A stretch of 24,207 bases of DNA from Gemmatimonadota bacterium (GCA_039589315.1 JBDHHQ010000064.1:1-24207), one strand, 5' to 3'. Positions 8,237 to 16,796 are shown, numbered from the stretch's first letter. The notes: generated by a model not told the origin, from the letters alone. A program made the numbers and translations.

Positions 8237-8253
8237 TGCAAGCATCGTACCCA
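8237..8253 (-). promoter_or_regulatory. Sigma54 (RpoN) -24/-12 promoter candidate for the precursor
   Basis: Minus strand TGGGTACGATGCTTGCA has GG-N10-GC spacing, close to consensus TGGCACG-N4-TTGCW. About 50 nt upstream of the precursor start. Confidence 0.65.
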
Positions 8254-8320
8254 GTGCCTCGCTTGGCTGCTTGCCCGACCACCGTGGGTTTCCGCGTCCC
8301 TCGAGGGGTGCCAGGTGTTG

Positions 8321-8336
8321 CATCGGTCCACCGATG
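8321..8336. promoter_or_regulatory. Inverted repeat CATCGGT-cc-ACCGATG, candidate activator-binding site
   Basis: Perfect 7-bp arms about 70-85 nt upstream of the sigma54-like element, a plausible position for an enhancer-binding-protein site. Confidence 0.35.
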
Positions 8337-8381
8337 GTGACGTGCATCAGCGACGCTCCCGGTTCCTCGATGCTGACCGCG

Positions 8382-8684
8382 TCATTCGACGAAATCGACC
8401 AATCCAAGCTCTGCCAGGTGCTGGCAGAGCTCCAGCACGTCGTCCGTGACGACCTCGGGTGCGGCGCCGTACTGCTCGACGATCGCGTCCCGTAGCTCAG
8501 CGATGAGGCGCGGCTCACCGATGAGCTCCCAGATTCGCGCGCCCACCTTCTCGAGCGAGAAATAGCCTCCCGAGCGCAAGCTCAGAATCACGATCTCGTC
8601 GTCCAGCCGCGTGGAAACCTGGTCGGGAGCCGCCACCACCCTGGTCGAGAGGTCGGCCAGGAACTGCGGGTCACCGGATTTCAC
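8382..8684 (-). CDS. PqqD-family RiPP recognition element (lasso B1/E protein)
   Basis: About 100 aa from GTG 8684 (GGAGAGG upstream). DEIVILSLRSGGYFSLEKVGARIWELI...EQYG...DVLELCQHLAELGLV is the typical PqqD/RRE pattern. Confidence 0.9.
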   Translation of the reverse strand: MKSGDPQFLADLSTRVVAAPDQVSTRLDDEIVILSLRSGGYFSLEKVGARIWELIGEPRLIAELRDAIVEQYGAAPEVVTDDVLELCQHLAELGLVDFVE

Positions 8685-8760
8685 GGTTCGATAGGCCTCT
8701 CCCCGCGGGGCCGCCGGTGGCCCGCGGGCTGCACGTTGCACCTCGTTCGGGATCGCGGAA

Positions 8761-10062
8761 TCAAGCCGCAGGTTCCGTGCCACGGGACGGTGCTTCAGCA
8801 TTACGATGACCGCGCCAGATTTCCTGCAGGCGAGTGGGATCGCGCAGGTACCCGCCTCCGAGTCGTGCCCAGCGAAGGGCCGGGTACACGAACGACAGGC
8901 TTCGGGGCAGCCGTGCCGCACCGAGATCGCGGTGCGTGGGCGTGAACAGCCGTCGACCGAGATACCGCACTCGATCCCGACGGCGCTCCCGGACCGACAC
9001 GTCGAACGAAACTCGCTCAGCGAGGGCTGGGACCGGCCGGGATTCGAACAGGAGCCACCGTTCCACGTCCACGGCCAGCCGGCGGGCGGCGGGATCGTCG
9101 TCGAGGGCCCGAGCGATCAGCGGCGGCACGGCGGCGTCCAGGACACGCTCCGCCAACGCTACGCCAAGGAGCAGCATCCGCCGCACCCCCAGCTGCCGTG
9201 CCAGGACCAGCGCCTCCTGCCAGTCCTCGGGTGAAGTGATCCCCGCGATGCCCGCCATGTCGGCGATCCACTTGACCCTGGGCCACGGATAGGGTCCGTG
9301 CTTGGCACCGTGGACCGCGAGCACGATGGGCGTGAGCGCCGGGGGAAGGAGCAACGCGTCTCTTCGCTGGAGCTGTCCCATCACCGCGCGGTCCCAGACC
9401 AGCTCCTCGTCCAGGTCGGCGGTGAAGAACTTGCGCGCGAATGCCCAGTGGAGGTCGACGCTCATGCGGTCTCGCGCCCGAGAGAACGGCAGGGCGTATT
9501 CCACCGCCCGCGCCACGCGATGCCGTGCCCCGGAGGGCTCGTACCACGGTGCGTATCCCCGGTCCCGCAGGATCGTCGAGGCCCGGTCCACGTGCTCGGG
9601 CTTGACCAGGACGTCCAGGTCCGAGAACTCGCGAAGAGCCAGGTTGCCGTACACCTGCTCGGCAAGGACGGGGCCCTTGAACGGGATGGCTGGCACCCCG
9701 CCATCGCCCAGGTCCTTCAGGAGCCCCATCAACTCCACGATCTGGTACAGGTTACGGCGCCCGAGCTCGTGGAAACGACCTCGCAAAGAGGTCATCAGGG
9801 TGCCGGGGACCTTGTCCGGCGCAGCGACCGACAGACCGTGGTACAGGAGCGGGACGGTGCCGTGACGGCGGGCCAGCTCCACGACCCGGTCCCAATCGAC
9901 TTCCTCGTCCAGCAGCTCCGACACGAGACGGGAACGCGCCTCGTCCATATGGGCCCGCGCACAGTGGAGGAGCAGCGCCACCTCCAAGGAGCGATCAGAC
10001 GGCCGGGCCGTCGTTCCCCGGGCGTCCGTTCCCGCCGTCGTGCTACGAGCGTGCGCGGCCAC
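8761..10062 (-). CDS. Nucleotidyltransferase family protein (NTP_transf_5)
   Basis: Motifs LLLHCAR, VDWDRVVELARRHG, IPFKGPVLAEQVYG...REFSDLDVLV, VDLHW and HGAKH...KWIAD. Start uncertain (GTG 10062 with GAGGG SD, or TTG 9987). Confidence 0.85.
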   Translation of the reverse strand: MAAHARSTTAGTDARGTTARPSDRSLEVALLLHCARAHMDEARSRLVSELLDEEVDWDRVVELARRHGTVPLLYHGLSVAAPDKVPGTLMTSLRGRFHELGRRNLYQIVELMGLLKDLGDGGVPAIPFKGPVLAEQVYGNLALREFSDLDVLVKPEHVDRASTILRDRGYAPWYEPSGARHRVARAVEYALPFSRARDRMSVDLHWAFARKFFTADLDEELVWDRAVMGQLQRRDALLLPPALTPIVLAVHGAKHGPYPWPRVKWIADMAGIAGITSPEDWQEALVLARQLGVRRMLLLGVALAERVLDAAVPPLIARALDDDPAARRLAVDVERWLLFESRPVPALAERVSFDVSVRERRRDRVRYLGRRLFTPTHRDLGAARLPRSLSFVYPALRWARLGGGYLRDPTRLQEIWRGHRNAEAPSRGTEPAA

Positions 10063-10178
10063 GCCGTCCCTCGGTTCATGGGTCGAGTAAAAGTCCCTGG
10101 GCGGGCGCTCACGAAGGAGACGACCGTCGGACCGCCGGCGACCGACCCTTCGAGCCACGCCCAGGCCCACTGAACCGC

Positions 10179-10195
10179 AGCAAGTGCCATGCCTG
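10179..10195 (-). promoter_or_regulatory. Second sigma54 -24/-12 promoter candidate, upstream of the nucleotidyltransferase-RRE unit
   Basis: Minus strand CAGGCATGGCACTTGCT gives GGCATG-N4-TTGCT with exact GG-N10-GC spacing, in intergenic DNA and oriented into the cluster. Confidence 0.6.
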
Positions 10196-10331
10196 GGCAG
10201 GGCGACACGTGCACCGCACCCTACCGAACCACCAGATCCGTCGTCGCGCGGTGGACGAGGGCGCCCTCCGCCCCGCTGACCGTGAGCTCGTCCGTCCCCG
10301 TTGGCGTGCCGCCGGTGGGCGGTCCGCCCCT

Positions 10332-10361
10332 CGTGCGGCGCTCCCTCCCTGTCCTATCTTC
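10332..10361 (+). promoter_or_regulatory. Sigma70-like promoter candidate for iaaA
   Basis: GTGCGG-N16-TATCTT. A very similar element lies upstream of mmsA. Confidence 0.4.
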
Positions 10362-10458
10362 GCCGACGGACAACTCCCTCCCCACCCGAAAGCTGGCATG
10401 GAGCCTGGCCCTGGACGAGCGAGCCGAGCCCGCGGTAGCCGGTTTCAAAGGAGATCGC

Positions 10459-11451
10459 TTGAGCGGAGACACCGAGGATCGGATCACCGAGGATCGGATC
10501 AGCGAGGTTCGGATCGAGCAGGGCGTCGCGATCCACGGAGGCGTCGGGACGCTCCGTCGGGACGAGATGACCCCGAGCCTGGAGGCGGAGTACCGGGAGG
10601 CGCTGACACGCTCACTCCAGGCCGGCAACGAGGCGCTTCGCTCAGGAGGTACGGCGGTCGACGCGGCCTGCGCCGCCGTTCGGGTCATGGAGGATTCGCC
10701 GCTATTCAACGCGGGACGCGGGTCCAACTTCGACGAGCGTGGCGTCGTCAGCATGGACGCCTCCATTATGGACGGAGACACCCTGGACGCCGGTGCGGTG
10801 GCCGACGTCACGGATGTGCGGTACCCCGTGGATCTGGCGCGGCTGGTGATGGAGCGATCCGAGCACCTCATGCTGACGGGGCCGGGCGCCGCAGCGTTCG
10901 CCCGTGCGAGCGGCGTGGAGGCCACGGAGGCGTCGTTTTTCCACACGGAGCGTCGTTGGTCCGACCTCCAGCGGGCGAAGGAGAGCGGAGGCGCTCGGCC
11001 GAACGTGATCGGATCCGCGGGTCCCACCGGGCGCGCCGGGACGGTGGGCGCGGTGGCCAGGGACCATGCGGGTCGGCTCGCGGCCGCCACTTCCACCGGC
11101 GGCATGGCCAACAAGACCTGGGGACGCGTGGGAGATTCACCGATCATCGGGGCCGGCACGTATGCGAGCCGGCTGTGCGCGGTCTCCTGCACGGGCTGGG
11201 GCGAGTACTTCATCCGCCATGCGATCGCCCACGACGTCCACGCCCGTATGGCACACGGCGGGGTCAGCCTCGCCCGAGCCGTGCACGGCGTCATCTGGGA
11301 CACGCTGGAGGCCCAGGTACCGGGCGCCGGAGGGCTCGTCGCCATCGACAGGGACGGTAACGTGGAGCTGTGCTTCAACACGCCAGGCATGTATCGCGGC
11401 TGGATCGATAGCGGCGGGGCGCACCACGTGGCCGTCTACCGGGAGGGTTGA
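10459..11451 (+). CDS. iaaA: Isoaspartyl peptidase / L-asparaginase (Ntn hydrolase, IaaA type)
   Basis: TTG start after AAGGAGA. Motifs AIHGG, EDSPLFNAGRG, MDASIMDG, GTVGAVA (nucleophilic Thr), ATSTGG, GRVGDSP and SCTGWGEYF. Confidence 0.92.
   Translation: MSGDTEDRITEDRISEVRIEQGVAIHGGVGTLRRDEMTPSLEAEYREALTRSLQAGNEALRSGGTAVDAACAAVRVMEDSPLFNAGRGSNFDERGVVSMDASIMDGDTLDAGAVADVTDVRYPVDLARLVMERSEHLMLTGPGAAAFARASGVEATEASFFHTERRWSDLQRAKESGGARPNVIGSAGPTGRAGTVGAVARDHAGRLAAATSTGGMANKTWGRVGDSPIIGAGTYASRLCAVSCTGWGEYFIRHAIAHDVHARMAHGGVSLARAVHGVIWDTLEAQVPGAGGLVAIDRDGNVELCFNTPGMYRGWIDSGGAHHVAVYREG
10471..10515 (+). repeat. In-frame 15-nt tandem repeat, 3 copies
   Basis: ACCGAGGATCGGATC ACCGAGGATCGGATC AGCGAGGTTCGGATC, encoding TEDRI-TEDRI-SEVRI. 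Confidence 0.85.
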
Positions 11452-11454
11452 GCG

Positions 11455-12102
11455 TTGGCGCGGTGTCCTGGGTGGCGGCTGATCGCCTGCGGCATCGCCG
11501 CGGCTTGGGGATGCGAGACCGCCGAAGAGGTCACCCCGGCGGCGCCGGCCGGGGGGCGCCCGGCCCTGGCCCACGTCCGGGTCGAGCCGGCCAGCGTGCA
11601 ACTGGCATCCCTCGGCGAGTCCATCCGACTCACGGCCGCGCCCCTCGACATCAATGGCACCACCGTGGATGGGGCCCTGGTCACCTGGGCGTCGTCGAGC
11701 ACGGCCGTTGCTGTGGTCGGCTCCACGGGTCTGGTGACGGCGCGGAGCAACGGCTCCGCCACCATCGCGGCCTCGGTCACCGCACGGGGGGGGCACGCGG
11801 TCGGCAGCGCGGGCATCTTCGTGGCCCAGCAGGCAGCCGCCTTGACAGTGTCCCCACCGGACGGTTCCGTGGCACCCGGCGGCACCGTGAAGCTCGAGGC
11901 AGCTGTGGTCGATGCCCGCGGCAACCCCATCGCCGCTCCCAACGTCATCTGGAGCACGACCGACCCGTCTGTCGCGACCGTCGACGAAGGGGGGCTCGTG
12001 ACGGGACTGAGGGAGGGACGCGTGACCATTATCGCCGGTAGCGGCGGCGCCTCCTCCAGGGCGTCGGTGACGGTGGAGCCACGAGGTCGTACGAAGCCGT
12101 AG
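11455..12102 (+). CDS. Lipoprotein with two bacterial Ig-like (Big_2) domains
   Basis: TTG after GGGAGGG. Lipobox-like AAAWGC. Two repeats: VTWASSSTAVAVVGSTGLVTARSNG and VIWSTTDPSVATVDEGGLVTGLREG. Confidence 0.8.
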   Translation: MARCPGWRLIACGIAAAWGCETAEEVTPAAPAGGRPALAHVRVEPASVQLASLGESIRLTAAPLDINGTTVDGALVTWASSSTAVAVVGSTGLVTARSNGSATIAASVTARGGHAVGSAGIFVAQQAAALTVSPPDGSVAPGGTVKLEAAVVDARGNPIAAPNVIWSTTDPSVATVDEGGLVTGLREGRVTIIAGSGGASSRASVTVEPRGRTKP

Positions 12103-12187
12103 TGAGGGCCGCCGCGGGGGGCTCCCCCGGCCCAGCACGGTCCCGCCCGGCGTGCCCCGGGGGCGCGAGCCACCCCCTCGCTCCCGG

Positions 12188-13945
12188 TTACGGCGACTCC
12201 GGCAGCGGGAGGCCCGGTCGCCAGCCTCCGGCGTGCAGCGCCTCCACGAGTCGCAGCACGGCGTCGCGTTGGGCCTGGGAGGAAAGCAGGATCAGGTCCC
12301 CGTCTCGTGCCCACTCCAGCAGGGTTCTGGCGGCCGATGTTTCGTCCTCGTGGACCGACACCGTCTGCTCGGGAGCACCGGCCCGCGCGAGCTCGGAGCG
12401 GATGATCTCGGGAACCTCGCCCCTCTGCCGGCCCCGCAAGTACTCGCCGAGCTCCTTCACGGCCACGCGCTCCGGCCCCAGGGCCCAGGCGGCCCGGGCC
12501 AGGTCCCGGATGGCCTCGTCGCCCCGATCGCCGGCGTGGCCAACCATCAGACCGACCCGGCGGGGCGCGAGGGCCCGCACCAACTGCCCGACGGCCTGGA
12601 AGCCGTGGGGATTATGGACGTAATCCACGAGGATCCACAGATCTCCCACCTCGAATAGGTTGGTGCGGCCGGGGCTCCGCTCGGGCGTCGGGTCGAAGGA
12701 CACGAGCCCCTGCCGGATGGCATGGTCGTCGATCCCCAGCGCACGGGCGAGCGCGGCGGCGCCGAGGGCGTTGGCGACGTTGTAGGCGGCCAGGCCGCCG
12801 AGGGCGGCGGGGACCATGGTCACATCCAGCAGGGGCGCGGTGGACCCGGGCTCCTTTCGCACCAGCCAGCCCTCGCGCACGATCCACGCCACCTCGTCGG
12901 GACCGACCCAGGACGGCAGGCCCCGGCGGCCCGAGCTGGCTGCGGGGTGCGCTCCGTCGGCCGAGATCCAGGTGATGGGCCGGCCCAGCGCCCGGGCGGA
13001 AGGCGCCAACACGGGATCGTCGGCATTCACGACCAGGGGCACCCCGTGGCGCACCGCCTTGGCCACCACGAGCTTGGCGGTGGCGACGTCCTGCACGGTG
13101 GCCACACCCCACTCGCCCAGATGGTCCTCCGCTACGTTGGTCACCAGGGCCGCATGGGCCCGGTCGAGTGCCAGGCCCCGGCGCAGCATGCCGCCCCGGG
13201 CCGTCTCCAGAACGGCCACCTCGACGCGCGGGTCGCGCAGCAGCGCGCGAGCACCGCCCGGACCCGACCAATCGCCGCCATCGGCCAGGGCGCCCTCGAC
13301 GTAGATTCCGTCCGTGCACGTGAACCCGACCTTCCGTCCGGCCGCCTCCACGATCTCGGCCACCATGCGCACGGTCGTGGTCTTGCCGTTGGTCCCCGTC
13401 ACGAGCACGCGGGGGATGTCGTGGAGTTCGGCCCAGGGCACCCGGGCCGGGTCGGGCAGGTCGTCCACCGCCCAGACCCGGCTTCCGGTGCCCAGACCGA
13501 CCGACGCGTGGTCGTCGTCGGACAGGAACGTCAGGCCTCGCTCGGCAGCTGCGGCTCGCAAGCGCAGCAGCGCGGGGTTTCGCTCCCGGTCGATCAGAGC
13601 CTGGAGGCGTGGTGTGACGACGGCCAGTGGTTCCACCGACTCCGACCGACCGACCTCCGCGGCGGCGGCGGCCCAGGCCCATTCGTTGACCTCGGTGGCG
13701 GCGTACAACGCATCCACCGGAGCCGAATGAAAGACGGTCACGCCCTGTTGATATGTGCGCGTGGCGAGCTCCCGATCCCCCCAACCCACGCCCTGGAGGA
13801 TGCTGGCGGCATGGGTCCGCCACGCCTCGAGGAAGGGATCCCGCACGGTCTCCTCGACCCGGCCGTCGATGACCGCCCCGGCGCTGTCGGCCAGGAGGTT
13901 CGGGCCCGTCAGGCGCCTGGAGTCCTCGAGCTCGACGATGGCCAT
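12188..13945 (-). CDS. Cyanophycin synthetase-related Mur-ligase protein lacking the ATP-grasp domain
   Basis: ATG 13945 (MAIVELEDSRRLTGPNL); 585 aa. Motifs VTGTNGKTTT, AVLETARGG, TNVAEDHLG, VNADD, PGRTN, DYVHNP and GDR are collinear with the C-terminal half of the neighbouring CphA. Confidence 0.8.
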   Translation of the reverse strand: MAIVELEDSRRLTGPNLLADSAGAVIDGRVEETVRDPFLEAWRTHAASILQGVGWGDRELATRTYQQGVTVFHSAPVDALYAATEVNEWAWAAAAAEVGRSESVEPLAVVTPRLQALIDRERNPALLRLRAAAAERGLTFLSDDDHASVGLGTGSRVWAVDDLPDPARVPWAELHDIPRVLVTGTNGKTTTVRMVAEIVEAAGRKVGFTCTDGIYVEGALADGGDWSGPGGARALLRDPRVEVAVLETARGGMLRRGLALDRAHAALVTNVAEDHLGEWGVATVQDVATAKLVVAKAVRHGVPLVVNADDPVLAPSARALGRPITWISADGAHPAASSGRRGLPSWVGPDEVAWIVREGWLVRKEPGSTAPLLDVTMVPAALGGLAAYNVANALGAAALARALGIDDHAIRQGLVSFDPTPERSPGRTNLFEVGDLWILVDYVHNPHGFQAVGQLVRALAPRRVGLMVGHAGDRGDEAIRDLARAAWALGPERVAVKELGEYLRGRQRGEVPEIIRSELARAGAPEQTVSVHEDETSAARTLLEWARDGDLILLSSQAQRDAVLRLVEALHAGGWRPGLPLPESP

Positions 13946-13961
13946 GACAGGGCGGCGGAGA

Positions 13962-16757
13962 TCAATCGGACTGTTCGGGCGCCAGGTGTATCCCGCGCTC
14001 ATCCCGGATCAAGCGGCCCCCCAACGCCACCGAATGCTGGGCCAGGTTCGGCAGTGCCGCCGCTGGAGCCTCGTGGTCCGGGGCCTCTGCTTCGGACGAC
14101 GGCGCCGCATCCGGATGGAACTGGGTGATCTGATTCCAGGTGCGTTGGAGCGCATCCCCGAAGATCAGGATGAGGTCATCGGGCTGTCCCATCCTCAGCG
14201 CGGCGTCCACGGCATCGGCCTCAGGCGGAATCACGTCGACCTGGTCGGGTGAGACGCCTTCCTCCAGCAGCGTCTCGGCCAGCATACGGGGAACCTCGTC
14301 GGGCTGTCTCCCCCGGAGCACGTCGTCGCGGCGGCAGATGTAGTGGTCGAAGTGTCCGGCGACGTTCCTCGCCACCTGTTGGATGTCCTGGTCCCGGCGA
14401 TCCCCCGGCGCCGCCACGACCACGAGCTTCCGGTTCGAGACGGTGAGCTGATCCACGAGGTGGCACATGGCTGCGACCGCGTCGGGGTTGTGGGCGTAGT
14501 CCAGGATTACGCGGAACGGATGCTCCGCGAAGACGTTCATCCGTCCGGGCGCCTGGAAGAACGAGGAGTCGAACGTCCGAAGCCCGTGCCGGATGTCCTC
14601 GAGCTTCACGCCACCGCAATACGCCATGGCGGCCGCGAACATGGCGTTCTGGACGTTGTGCAGGGCCCGGCCGTCGAGCGTCGCGGGCACCAGGTGGGTC
14701 CACAGCAGGGGCATGTGCCCACCCCGGTCGTACAGGGTGATCATGTGGCCGTTGATGCCCTCCTCGAGGCCGATGGCCCGCCCGCCCGCACGGACGTGCT
14801 CCCTCACGAGCTCGTGCCCGGGATTGGTAGTGACGTAGAGGATGTGATCGGCCTCCGTGTGACCGGACATCCGGAGGCACAACGGGTCGTCGGCGTTGAG
14901 GACGGCCGTGTCCTTGGCGGCTTCGATGACCACGCGCTTCACCTCGGCGAGCTGCTCGATGGTCTCGACGCCCCTGAGGCCCAGGTGATCCTCTCGGACG
15001 TTGAGACACGCGCTCACGTCTGCCCGTTGGTACCCGAGCCCGGACCTGAGCAGCCCACCACGGGCCGTCTCGAGGACGGCAACGTCGACGGAGGGATCCC
15101 GGAGGATCATGCGGGCAGACCGGGGCCCCGTCATGTCGCCGGCCAGGGTCAGCTGACCGTCGATGTACACCCCATCGGTCGTGGCCAGCCCGACCTTGTG
15201 TCCCGCCAGCTTGTAGATGTGCGCGAGCATGCGGGCCGTCGTGGTCTTCCCGTTGGTGCCCGTGACGGCCAGGATGGGGATGCGCGCGGGAGTTCCCGGA
15301 GGGAACAGCATGTCCAGGACCGGCCCGGCCACGTCGCGCGGGATGCCCTCGGCGGGGTTGGTGTGCATGCGGAACCCTGGGGCCGCGTTGACCTCGCAGA
15401 TGATCCCGCCGCCACCCTTGTAGGACAGCGAGATGTCCTCGGTGATGAAGTCGATCCCCGCCACGTCCAGACCGACGGCCCCCGCTGCCCGCCGTGCCAT
15501 CTCGGCGTTGTCCGGATGGATCACGTCGGTGAGGTCCACGGCGGTGCCGCCCGTCGACAGGTTGCCGGTGGACCGCAGATACACGACCTCGCCACGGGCG
15601 CACACCGTGTCGGGGGTGTAGTGCAGGAGGTCAAGGAGACGCTTGGCCTGGTAGTCGAGCTCGATGCGCGTGAGCACCTTCTCGTGGCCGATCCCCCGGC
15701 GCGGATCCCGGTTCACCTCCTCCACCAGCTCCGTGATCGTGCTCTCGCCGTCGCCCACCACGTGGCCGGGCACCCGCTTGGAGACGGCCACCACCTCGCC
15801 ATCGATGACAAGTATTCGGTGGTCGAACCCTCGGGCGAAGCCCTCGACCAAGACGCCCCGCGAGTGCTCTCGCGCCTTCTCGTAGGCGACGCGGACGTGC
15901 TCCGGGTCGGCGATGTCCAGCGATACACCCCGACCATGGTTCGCGTTGAACGGCTTGACGACGACCGGATAGCCGATCTGCGCAGCGGCCCGCACCGCGT
16001 CGTCCTCGCTGTACACGAGCCGTTGCTCGGGAACGGGAAGTCCCAGATCGGCCAGGATCCGGTTGGTCTCCTCCTTGTCGGACGCGATCTCCACCGCGAT
16101 GTGCGGCGTACTGGACGTGACGGTGGCCTGGATGCGCTGTTGCCACCTGCCGTGTCCGAATTGCACCAGCGAGTAGTCGTTGAGGCGCAGCCAGGGAATG
16201 TCGCGTGCCTCCGCTGCGCGGACCAACGCGGCGGTGCTGGGGCCGAAGGCCTTCCGTTGGACGAACTTGATGAACGAATCCCGCTCGGACTCCCAGTCCA
16301 CGTCGGTGGGGACGTCGCTTACGCCTTCCCGGGCCGCTTCCGGGAGCAGGCCCAGGAGCAGCCTGCGGGCCAGGCGCCCCGCGGCGAGGCCCACCTTCTC
16401 GGCATGGTATTCGTATACGACGTCGTACTGTCCGGGCTCGCCGTTGCTCCGCGTCTTGCCGAAGGTCACGTCCTGGCCGGCGACGTTCTGGAGCTCGATG
16501 GCCACGTGCTCGAGGACGTGGCCCAGCCACGTGCCCTCGTCCTCGTGAAGCCTGCGCACGAAGCCGCCAGGCTCACCGTACGAGCAACCGTGCTCACGGA
16601 GTCCGGGCAGCGTCTCCAGAAGTGGGTCGGTGAAGGCGGGCCCGAGGCGTACCGAAGGCCACGCCTCCAACGGACCCAGGTCCACACGGAATCGGATGAC
16701 GGGGAAGGAAGCGTAGATGCTGGGGCCGACGTAGACGGCGTGCTCGACGATCTTCAT
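13962..16757 (-). CDS. cphA: Cyanophycin synthetase CphA1
   Basis: N domain (GPSIY, HGC...GHVLEHVAIELQ), ATP-grasp domain (VVKP...NHGRGV, NLSTGG, EVNAAPGFRMH) and Mur-like domain (VTGTNGKTT, ETARGG, DYAHNP, PGDRRD). Alternative ATG at 16772. Confidence 0.96.
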   Translation of the reverse strand: MKIVEHAVYVGPSIYASFPVIRFRVDLGPLEAWPSVRLGPAFTDPLLETLPGLREHGCSYGEPGGFVRRLHEDEGTWLGHVLEHVAIELQNVAGQDVTFGKTRSNGEPGQYDVVYEYHAEKVGLAAGRLARRLLLGLLPEAAREGVSDVPTDVDWESERDSFIKFVQRKAFGPSTAALVRAAEARDIPWLRLNDYSLVQFGHGRWQQRIQATVTSSTPHIAVEIASDKEETNRILADLGLPVPEQRLVYSEDDAVRAAAQIGYPVVVKPFNANHGRGVSLDIADPEHVRVAYEKAREHSRGVLVEGFARGFDHRILVIDGEVVAVSKRVPGHVVGDGESTITELVEEVNRDPRRGIGHEKVLTRIELDYQAKRLLDLLHYTPDTVCARGEVVYLRSTGNLSTGGTAVDLTDVIHPDNAEMARRAAGAVGLDVAGIDFITEDISLSYKGGGGIICEVNAAPGFRMHTNPAEGIPRDVAGPVLDMLFPPGTPARIPILAVTGTNGKTTTARMLAHIYKLAGHKVGLATTDGVYIDGQLTLAGDMTGPRSARMILRDPSVDVAVLETARGGLLRSGLGYQRADVSACLNVREDHLGLRGVETIEQLAEVKRVVIEAAKDTAVLNADDPLCLRMSGHTEADHILYVTTNPGHELVREHVRAGGRAIGLEEGINGHMITLYDRGGHMPLLWTHLVPATLDGRALHNVQNAMFAAAMAYCGGVKLEDIRHGLRTFDSSFFQAPGRMNVFAEHPFRVILDYAHNPDAVAAMCHLVDQLTVSNRKLVVVAAPGDRRDQDIQQVARNVAGHFDHYICRRDDVLRGRQPDEVPRMLAETLLEEGVSPDQVDVIPPEADAVDAALRMGQPDDLILIFGDALQRTWNQITQFHPDAAPSSEAEAPDHEAPAAALPNLAQHSVALGGRLIRDERGIHLAPEQSD

Positions 16758-16796
16758 CAGACTGGCGTCCATCTCACCGCCCGGCCCGCCAAGGAC

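Noticed and set aside
8188..8331. 103-aa version of the precursor ORF in the track
   Set aside because: The strong SD before GTG 8187, the leader motif starting at residue 3 and the promoter-like element inside the extension all favour the 55-aa product.
7863..8381. A second precursor gene in the flanking intergenic regions
   Set aside because: No additional YxxP...T leader with an SD was found by eye.
8382..8684. PqqD as part of PQQ biosynthesis
   Set aside because: No pqqA/B/C/E or radical SAM gene in the window; the lasso context explains it.
10459..11451. IaaA as a lasso peptide isopeptidase
   Set aside because: Known lasso isopeptidases are S9 prolyl-oligopeptidase-like. IaaA acts on small isoaspartyl peptides and is better explained by the cyanophycin genes.
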